Of a DNA stretch of 32,190 nucleotides, positions 18,925 through 29,400 are shown in pieces. Position 1 is the stretch's first letter. Every line of letters starts with the position of its first letter. The notes under the pieces were generated by a model. That model ran no database searches and had not been told where the DNA came from. It was given only the letters and a program-made list of their open reading frames with translations. A program made the translations under genes and the position numbers. This DNA comes from a virus (Duplodnaviria > Caudoviricetes): positions 1 through 32,190 of the IMG/VR virus record IMGVR_UViG_3300037963_001094; one strand, 5' to 3'.

Positions 18925-20178
18925 ATGTCAACAGGAACATCAGGATTAGCACAACAAATTATACAGGGGGCTGGTGATTATCACAAGTTAGCCGAATATG
19001 AACCACTAGATGCTCAATTAAAAACAGCGTTAGCACAAGGTAAAGCTGTCGATCAAGCCATAGAAGGTTTTGGTGGTTTGGTAGACACTATAGATAAAAA
19101 GAATAAACAAGAGAATGCCATGTTAATGCAGCAGTGGGATTCTTTGTCTAGCGATGCTTTAGACTCTGAAGAGTTTATGAGCGATCAAGAATACCAAGAT
19201 TTATATAAAGATTTAGAAGCTGAAAGAGAAGAGTTTATAAATGCTGATAAAAAACAAAAGGCTGTACTATTAAATAATTTAGAAAAGAGAAACGACAACA
19301 TAAATGCTTACAAGGATTTTAAAACTGATTTAGCGATGTCGGTTAAAAATGATGATGGTATTAAAAACAATGAAATGTTTTTAACTAGTACACTAGGTCA
19401 ATCATATAAAGGTTTGTTTGATGGATCAACACCTATGGTTAAAAACGAAAAAGGAGAATATGGTGGAATGATATATAATCCTAAGCTTCAAGAGAATAGA
19501 AAAACAGAACTTAGTGATTTAAATAAAGCTATAGATGAATTAAGTGTTGAAACAGATGGTGATGCAATACTTGATTTAAATAAAAGAAGAAAAGAACTTG
19601 AAGAGGAAATATATGCTGCTGACATGAATCCATCACTAGACGTTTCTTGGACATCGGTTGGTGATATGAGAAGAGAATTAGAAAATCAAAGCTTTGATAA
19701 AACAACTAATAATCTTATAACAGAAGCAGCTAGTGCTCAATGGAACGCGGGAAGCAAAACACCTTTTGGTAGTGGACAAAGTTTTGATTATGATAGAACG
19801 CTAAGTGTTGTTAAAAAACAAATAGTTGGAGGAAGTGATGTTAACAAAAGATCTTTAATATACGACAAGCACTTAGATGAAAGTTTTTACGATACTATAA
19901 CAAATGAAATATCTCAATTAACAGATCAAGATTTAGGTTTACAAAACTATGGTATATCTCCTGAAACTATATCTTCGTTAGATCCCGGCACCGATGGTGA
20001 TCCAACTAGAATAATGCCTCAAGACGCTAGAATAATAGCAAAGGCAATAGCGGAAAGTCAAGATGTTGACGAGTATTTAGCAACCTATTTTGCTAAACAT
20101 ATTGAAAAAAATTACATATCAGGTTATAATAGTAGACCTGTACCTAGTAATGTAAGCAATCCAGATGAGTTTGTTTAA
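18925..20178 (+). CDS. Putative internal virion / DNA-ejection protein 2
   Basis: 417-aa acidic helical protein between the small ejection-like gene and the giant cargo gene; call rests on synteny. Confidence 0.5.
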   Translation: MSTGTSGLAQQIIQGAGDYHKLAEYEPLDAQLKTALAQGKAVDQAIEGFGGLVDTIDKKNKQENAMLMQQWDSLSSDALDSEEFMSDQEYQDLYKDLEAEREEFINADKKQKAVLLNNLEKRNDNINAYKDFKTDLAMSVKNDDGIKNNEMFLTSTLGQSYKGLFDGSTPMVKNEKGEYGGMIYNPKLQENRKTELSDLNKAIDELSVETDGDAILDLNKRRKELEEEIYAADMNPSLDVSWTSVGDMRRELENQSFDKTTNNLITEAASAQWNAGSKTPFGSGQSFDYDRTLSVVKKQIVGGSDVNKRSLIYDKHLDESFYDTITNEISQLTDQDLGLQNYGISPETISSLDPGTDGDPTRIMPQDARIIAKAIAESQDVDEYLATYFAKHIEKNYISGYNSRPVPSNVSNPDEFV

Positions 20179-20232
20179 GGCATAAAACACATATAATACA
20201 TATTTAATAACGGGTAACTAACGAAACAGTAA

Positions 20233-20486
20233 ATGAAAAAATATACAATAATTGTAAATGGAAAAACAATTCCAAAAAATGTTTCTCCAGAAAAAGAACA
20301 AGAATTCTTAGCACAATATAAAAACAACTCTCCCACTTTAATATCTGATGAGTCGGGAAAGCAAAACAGTTCCGACAACAGCGCGAACGGAACGGTATCG
20401 AAAAACGCGCTGAAGTACGAGAAGATTTCAAAAGAAAATATGGAATCCAACTCGGAAGATGCTTCATCGGACTTATCATTCGATGA
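20233..20486 (+). CDS. Predicted 84-aa transframe protein (43 aa in frame 0 plus 41 aa in the -1 frame)
   Basis: The -1 frame from 20361 reads AKQFRQQRERNGIEKRAEVREDFKRKYGIQLGRCFIGLIIR* (TGA 20484-20486). It is closed upstream by TGA 20349-20351 and contains no ATG. Confidence 0.6.
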
Positions 20487-23400
20487 CGCACAATCTATGC
20501 TATTAGGATCAAGCGCTCCAGACGCTGACAAAGACGATCCATTTTCCTATTTAAAAAAACCAGAAGGTAACGTTACACAAAACGCTAAGTATAGTGATTT
20601 CTTAAAATTAGATTCTGACGAAGCTATCAAGCAGTTAAATGAAAATCCTAATTATCCAGATTTAAAAATCGAAAAAAAACATGGCTTTGGGCAAATCTTA
20701 GAACTAACATTACCTGACGGTTCAAAACTTGATATAGCTACAGGTAGTTTACCGCCAGCGGTATTAAAAGATTCTCCTAGAGAGCAGAGTTTTAATGAGA
20801 TAAAAGCAGCATCTACTAACGCGCTTAATCAACTTGATGAGTTTTATAAAGAAAATAAAAACGTACCCGGTTCTATAGCTGGAACTATAATAGACGACGA
20901 TGTCGATATGAGTTTGTCTTGGGATAGGGTGTTTAAAAAGAAGGATAGAAACGAATACACTAGTGTTAGTGAAATGAATGAGATGCTACAACACGGTGGT
21001 TACAGGATAGAGACAGGTGGTATGTTTTCAGATGGAAAAGTTAGATTATATAAAACTGGAGAAGACGGAGTAGAGAGTGTTGTTTTAGAAGAAGACTTAG
21101 TTGAAGGTAGTTTAGATCCTGTTAGACAATATTTGTTTAACAATATGACAGAAGATGAAGCTAATAAAATAAAGTCTGTTGCTTCAATAATGACAGAGGA
21201 TGTTTTAAACAAAGCTAAGCAAAACGTTATTGATAAATATGGAGGGATAGTTAAAGAAGATGGTACTATAGACTATACAGATCCAGAATTTTCTAACGAC
21301 AAAATAACTTCTGACTTAATAAACACACCAATTAGTGATACTAGAAGTTATGTTACTAGAAGTATAGAATTAGCTTTAAACGATAATTATGGTATAGATG
21401 AAGATGGTGAGGTTGTTGACAAGGGCGGTACACCAATGTCTCAAGAGGGTAGAGACTTGGTTAACAACTATTTAAACGAACCTATAATTGAAACACAAAC
21501 TGAATACGTTCAGTATGGTAAAGAAGGTAAGCTTGATAAGATTGAAGTAGAAAAAGAAGTTGATGGTTGGAGAAAAACAAAATACGACAATGTTTTAAAT
21601 GAATTAAAAGACGAACTAACTCCTGAAGATTATAGCATACTTGAAAAAGTTATTAATGATAAAGTTGGTGTTAACCAAAGTATTATTAACGAAAGAAAAA
21701 GTAATTTAGCTAATGAGTATACAAGCGGTTATGTAACCAGTTTAAACGCTCAAGCAACTGATGTTCAAGAGATAGCTTTTAAAATTGCTGTAGATCAAAC
21801 TAACAAGGAAATTGAGGGAGAGTTTGCTGTTAACGATGCTAAGATACAGAATGTCAAAAAAGACATGGATGTAAAACTTGAAGCCCACAATAACAGAATG
21901 GAGTCTGAGGTTTTTAACGTAGCAAAAAAACACAACCTAGGTATTGAATACGTTGGTAGTGGAACTGAAGGTTCTTGGGTTATTGATAGTAGTAACTATA
22001 TAGATCCAAGTTTAGAAAAAAAGGGTAAAAGAATTTTAAAGTACCAAGAAGACTTAAAGTTGATTGATGATAAAATTAAAAATGGTGATTATGAAAACAA
22101 ACTTAACAAACTTAACGAGCAAGCAAAACTAATACAAAGTAAAACATATACGACTCAAGCTGGAGCTGATGCGGCTAATTTAAAATTAAGTCAAATAAGT
22201 AAAGAGTATGAAACAATACAAACTGAATGGCAGAGTAATGTTGATGATTATAATACAACCCTAGGTTTACACAATGAACTGTTAGAGGATTATGAAACTA
22301 GCAGTAAGGATAAAGGTGAAAAGTTAGAAAAAGAATTAACTGAAAAATTAAATAGTATATGGGGTAATGTAAAATCTTTAACAAATGAATATGATAAAGG
22401 TATAACTGATCTTCAAAGAGAGAGACATAGCATATCCAAAAGAGCAGAAGAAAACGGTTTACTTTCTGATGTTATAAATAGAGAAGAAGATTACGGTAAG
22501 TTATTAAGTGCAGATTTTGGTAACGCTGTTGAGGGTATTATATATGGTGTTCCAGCTATGTTTGGTCATAAAGAAAGTATAGACTACCTAAACCTAATGA
22601 ATCAAGGTTCACAGGCTGGTTTAGAAAAATACATGTCTGTATCTGAGGCTAGAGCTGTTTCTAAAAGTGTTGACGATAATTTATCTAGAATGCAATGGAG
22701 AAGAACTGGTAGAATGTTTGCTCAACAAACCCCTATGATTATAGGCGCTATAGGTTTTTCAATGACACCCTTGGGTCCTGTAGGTGGCATGGCAGCATAC
22801 AGTGTATTAACAGGTATTCAAACTGGTGGTAATACAAAAGCTCAACTATATAATTTAGTTGACATGAAAGACGACGCTCAAGCTCAATTAACTAAGTTAG
22901 AGGCAGTTAAAGATAAAATGGATCCTGAGGATTATAGGAGACAAAAAATGCAATTAGAATCAACCGTAGCAATGGGAGATTTAACACCTATGGATATAAA
23001 CAAAGCAGCAACAGCAACAGCTGTTATAGAGGGTGGTGTTATGATGGCGTTTAGCATGGTTGGTGGTGGTACACTTGGTAACTCTAAAAAGTTTATAGAT
23101 GATTTCTTAAAAACAAAACCTCAAACATGGATAACACAAGCTTCTAGAACACAATGGAATATAATGGCTAAGTCAGCTAGAGATTTTGTAGGTCGAACAG
23201 GTAGTGAGGTAGCTGAAGAATCTATTATATATTTATCTAGTGAAGCTGCTCAAGCTGGTATACTACATAGAGAAGCTGACTTCAGTATGATAGGAGATGT
23301 TATATTAGATTCTATGATGCTTGGAGGTGGTATGAATATATCACCTATATTATATACTGCTACTACTAGTTCAATGGTTAGTTCTGAAATGAAAAATCTT

Positions 23401-26400
23401 TTAACGGATTATAATACTGACCTTGATCGTGTAAAAGAAAGTTTAAGTAATTTAAAACCTGGAGAAAATAAAAGAAGAGCACAGCTTCAAAAAGAACTAA
23501 GAACTTTAACTGAAAAAATAGGATTTTTACAAACAGGTCTAGAGGTTGATGTTTTATTGGCTGGAAAAGATGGTATAAAAACTATACTTGAAAACAGCGT
23601 TAATTTAACAAACCTATATGCTGACGCTAATGTTCACTGGGGAGATAGTCAATCTACTATAGATCAAAAAATAGAGGACCATATTAAAACGCTTAAACCA
23701 AACGAAGCTAAAGACTTTAGATTAAGATTAGAAGATGCTCAAAATACTATTAACGATATTAAAGATTCTAGTAGATTAAAATTAGAGGGTGATCCAGAAA
23801 GTATTGTTAAAGATTTATATGGTAATAAAGGTTGGGACATATTTAAAAACATGCTAGGTAAAGATCCTAGTTTTGCTGATCTAGATATGAGAGACCAATT
23901 ATCTCTTATACATCAAAACATTCAAAAGAATTTTAACGCAAACATACAAAGGGAAGCTAAGAGTAGTCCCGTAATAAAATACCACGTTGAAAACGCTATA
24001 TATGGAAAACAGTTTCAACAATGGATAGACAACAAATTATATGGAGGGTTAAAAATAGCTGAAGAAAAAACACCAGAAGATATTGAAAAGGAAAATAAAC
24101 TAAGAGATGAAGTTTATGCAGGTATTGGTATATTTGAAACTCTAAAAAAAGATGGTTTAATAAAAAATAGAAAAACCACCTTAGAAAACCAAATGTACGA
24201 ATCTAATGCTAAGTGGATAAACTCACAGAGAGTTTCAGCTGCTCAAACATATATTGATAGTCAAAAAAGTTTAAATGAAGTTATAAAAGCTAACGGTGGT
24301 ATTGATGCTATAAGAAATCTAGAAGTGATGGCTGGTAAAGATATCAGCGAAATAAGTGATATGCTAGATACATTACCTGATTATTACTTTGAACAAAAGG
24401 GTAAAACAATACAAGAGGTAAAAAAAGAAATGCTAGATTCATTTAAAGATGGTACTTCTAAAGGTATTATATTTGATGGCAAGTATATTGTTATAGGTGA
24501 AAAAGATGCTATTCAAAAAGAATTAAATAGTATAGAATCTATAATGAGTATTAACCAGTCACACATGTTGATGGGTACTGTTTTCTTACATGAGTTTTCT
24601 CACGCATTAGACGGTATAACAATGAGGGAAGGTGAGTTGTCACAGTTTGCTGAAAACCTAGGTAAATCACTAAGAGGTGATATTAATTTAAATCAAGTTC
24701 ACGAAGCCGCGGTTGTAAGATTACAAAACTTAAATACTCCAGCTAAGTGGGTTGCTGGTGTTAAACTTGAAGATCAGTCTAGAGATACTAAAGACGAGTA
24801 CATAAAGTCTGTTCAAGAAATAATACAAAATCCTAATAATAGAGATTTACGTAGAGCTGCTGAAGCTAAAGGTAAAAAGGGTTTTGGGTTAGGTAGATTA
24901 AGAAACATGGTTAATGGTCTTGTTGCTGGCAAAATACCAAGTCTTGGAGAATTTAATTTTGATAGTAAAAATACAGCTCTTCAATATATGGTTAGCCATA
25001 TTAACTCATTTGAAAAAGGTAAATTATCTGGTTTTACCAAAGGAAAGATAGCAGCAAGGGGTGTTGAAGCTAAAAAATTAAAAACAAAAATAGCTAAACT
25101 TGAAGATGAGTTAAATAGAGTTGGTGCAAAAAAATTTAGTGCTGAAAAAACAAATGAATTAAATAACGCAAAAGAAAGATTAAATAAAATATCTGGTGCT
25201 GTAGAGGGAGACGTAAAGAGATCTCAAGATATTAATAAAAGAAGAACTGAAAAAAGAAAGTTAGATCAGTTTGTTCAAAATCCAGATGGATCACCTAGAT
25301 TCGAAAATGATTCTGAATTTAAAAATCATAGAAACGGAGATACCTTTGGTAGAGCTGGATTAGAAATAAAAGGTGTTGATATAAGTCCTGACGGAAAACT
25401 AATAACTAGAGACTTTAAAGATCCACTATCTTTAGATCTTCTTGATAGAGAAATAATGAAAGGTATGACAGCTAGAGGTATACCATCTGGAGCACCTATG
25501 GCTGAGTTTATTAGAAGAGTAAGAAGTAGATTGTCTGATAAGTTTATTTCTGAATACAACTATGATGCTATCAAACCTATAGTATCTGAGGTTGAGGGCA
25601 TGGTCTTTTATAAAAGAAATAACAAGGGTGATGTAATAGCTATAGAAATAGAAGATATTGAAGGTAAGACTACAACATATAAATTGCCAAAGACTAAAGA
25701 TGCAATTGTTGCTGAAGGAACTGAAATACAAAAAGGAACACCACTAACAGAGGGCGCTAGTATATTTGGCTGGATGTACGGTGCTGGAATAATAGAATTT
25801 GCTAAAGGTGACATAGCTAATAAATACTTAAAAGATTTAGATGTGGGTTCTAGAGGAGCTGTTGATATAGAAGCTAGAACAGAGGAGGGCGCACCAAGAA
25901 TACAAATTGATGCTGGAGTAAATCTTGACACTGATTTAGATAACGCTTTAAGAACTGAAAAAGAAGCTGAACAAATACTTTTAATGAAAGAGGAGTTGGG
26001 TTTTGATGATAAATTTAAGGACGAAATAAAAAGAGTTGCCACAGAGATAGCTCCTAAAATTGGTACCTTCCCTGACTTTAATGACCCTAGTTTTTTAGTT
26101 GAAATAGAAAAATATGCTGTTAGTAAACTCACTGATAAAGTTAAAAAAGAATTAGGTACTAGAAATAAGCATGTTGATTTTTTAAAGAATAATAGAGTGG
26201 CGTTTGTTAACTTAATGCCTGTTCGTAGATTAGTTTCTATGGAGAGAGAGCAGGATGTTAAAATACTCGCCAAACTAGATAAAAGACTGGAAACAGTAGA
26301 TGACATACAAAATGCTATTGAAGAAGGAATAATACCACCTGACTCTAAAAACAAAGAAAAGGTTGATACATATAATAAAATAATACAACAACCAGTCGTA

Positions 26401-29400
26401 AATGAAGATGGTAGCCGTAACATAGAAGGTGAAAAGCAAGAAACTGCTTTCTTGAAGTTCTTTTTCCCACCAACCAAAACACCTCAAGGTAATAAAGATA
26501 ATTCAAGAGGTGAAAGAAAAACATCAATGTCAACAGAATTAGCTAAGGTTATTGTAAAACAAGAGTTAGATTTATTATTAGATGATGCTGATTTTAAAAA
26601 TACAGTTAATGAAAAATTAAAAGCATTAGATAGAAATGAAATAGAAAATAGCATTGGTAAAATAAAGGAAGCTATACAAACAAATCCTAGATATAAACAC
26701 TCTATGGATGTTAAGCATGTTGAAAAGCTTGCTAACTTTATCAAAGCTGATGGTCTACAAAATGTAATTAATAATGGTAAATTAAACAAGGGTTATGAAA
26801 TAGATGGGATAAGTCAAACATCTATAAACATAGCTCAATATCTTTTTGAAAAAGGAGATATCAATAACGACACTAGTAAAGGTTTTATAAAAGCAATGTT
26901 AGAGTCTAATGTACCTGAAGATGTAAAAGCAGAATTTTTAAGTCAAAAGACTCTACATAGAGATAGTGAGTTTTTAAGATTCTTTGCTGATGACATGCTT
27001 ATACTAATGGATGACCTACAGTTAAATATTCCTCAGCAGAAGGGACTAAGATTTGACATGTTTGGTTTCACTAGTACGTACATGAATCCCGGTTTTGATA
27101 CTAAGTACGATGTTTCTTATAACGCTGAGTATCAAGGTATGTTAAACCTACTTGGTGACGTGGAAACTAATATACCCGGTGTTGATATATCTAGTATTAG
27201 CATTATGAACAAGAATGCGGACGGTATATTTAAAGATGTTATAAAAATACAAGAGTCTGATCTTAGTGTTAAGCAAAAGATTGAAAAGCTTGAAAAACTA
27301 AAACCAAAAATACAAGCAGCTAATAGATCTAATATAAACCTATTTAAGCATGTTATAAAAAGAGTTAGACACTTAGTTAAAACAAAACAAATAAGTCCTG
27401 TTTCTGCTATAAACTTTTTACAAATCCAAACAAATATAGTTATGGGTTTAAGAGGTTTATCTAAATTAGATTTAATGTATTTAACTGATGGTTCACAGGC
27501 CGCTTATGTTAATAAAAAAGGTGAACCAACAAATAGTAAATTTAGAACAGAAAATAAAAAACGTATTGAAAACGATATAAACCCCAAGTTGTTACCATTA
27601 GTAAAAGAAGCTACAGCTTTTTACGCTAAAAAAAATCCAAAGTTAACAAAAGAGCAGGCTAGAACTAAAGCTATTGAAAATCTAACTTGGAAAGGTGAAC
27701 ATCTAGGACCAAGCGCTAATACATTGGTGGATATGTTAGATCTTATATTTAACAATTGGATATCTGATAAGCAGATGGACTTCAAAATGGACGAATTATT
27801 AGATGGTCATTCTCAACTTATAGCCCCTAAGTACATAACAGACTTAATTGATGAAGGAGGTAGAAATAATACCACCAACTTTCATAGAGTAAAGTTTTTA
27901 GATAAGGTTCACATAGACAATATATATGATACAGAAGGTAGAGGTTATAGTGACTTTATGTTAAGTAGAATCAACCAAGAACAAAAGAACTTACTAGGTA
28001 GTGTTCAAGATCAATCTGTTAAAAATGATAACTTACAAAGAGCCTTTGATAATGCTTCTAATATGATCAAAGTACTTCAAGCTGATTTAGAAAAACGTGG
28101 TTACACGTTTATTGAAAAGGATGTTGTTAAGTTTAGTAAAGACGTATCAAGAGGTATGTCTACTTTTGATTTTGATGAAACATTAATTATAGACGGTAAA
28201 AATTTTGTTATAGCTACAAACCCTAAGACTGGTAAACAAATAAAGGTTAGTTCTGGTAAATGGCCTATTGATGGACCCAAGCTTGCTAAACAAGGGTATG
28301 AGTTTAACTTTGATGACTTTGTTAACGTAAGAGGTGGTGTAAAAGGTCCTTTGTTTCAAAAATTATTAAATAGAATAAAAAAGTTTGGACCAGAAAACAA
28401 TTTTGTTTTAACAGCAAGACCTCAAGAGTCTGCTGTTGCTATACATGGTTGGTTAAAATCTAAAGGTGTGAATATACCGTTTCAAAATATAACTGGACTA
28501 GGTAATAGTACTGGTGAAGCCAAAGCACAATGGATGATAGATAAGTTTGCTGAGGGGTATAATGATATGTACTTTGTTGATGACGCACTACCTAACGTTA
28601 AAGCTGTTAAAAGTGTAATGGAACAGTTGGACATAAAGGGTAGTTCAGTTCAAGCTAAGATTAAGTTTAGTCAAGATATGAGTTCTGAGTTAAACTCGAT
28701 GATTGAAAGAACAAAAGGTATTGGAGCTGAAAGAATATACTCGTACCAAGAAGCTAAAAAGTTTGGTAAAGAAAAAGTTAATTTTGATTTTATAGTTCCA
28801 CCTTCAGCTGAAGACTTTAAAGGTTTATTATATAGATTTTTAGGTAAAGGCAAACAGGGTGATGCTGACTTAAAGTTTTTTAAACAAACACTACTTGATC
28901 CATATGCTAGAGGCATGAGGGCTTATGATACGTACAAGCAAGCTATGTCTACTGATTATGAAAACTTATTAAAAAAGTTTCCAGATATAAAAAAGAAATT
29001 AAATAAAAAAATACCAGGTTATGAGTGGACGTTGGATACAGCTGTTAGAATGTACTTATACGATAAATCAGGTTTTGATATACCTGGTATTGACGAAAAC
29101 TTAAAGAGAGATTTAATAAATCATGTTGCTAGTAATTCTCAAATTAAAACTTTTGCCGATTCTCTTAGTATAATTACTAAAGTAGAAGATGGATACGTGG
29201 AACCAACGGACAACTGGATGGTACAAACAATATCAAGTGATTTAAATGATATAGTCAAAAATGTTGGTAGAAAGAAATTTTTACAAGAGTGGTTAGATAA
29301 TAAAAATACTATATTCTCAGACCAAAACATGAATAAAATTAGAGCTACTTATGGTGTTGATTTTTATGATGCACTAAAAGATATGCTCTATAGAATGGAA

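Noticed and set aside
20175-20531. Two minus-strand ORFs (118 and 95 aa) over the GC-rich patch
   Set aside because: They are better explained by local GC richness from the pseudoknot and dual coding; there is no independent support.
25608-26477. 289-aa minus-strand ORF and the other short antisense ORFs inside large genes
   Set aside because: They are S/L/F/I-rich mirror translations produced by + strand codon bias and lie wholly inside long + strand genes.
28165-28182. DFD as a crAss-type RNAP catalytic DFDID motif
   Set aside because: The sequence is DFDET (DxDxT) with HAD motifs II-IV downstream, so it is a phosphatase motif.
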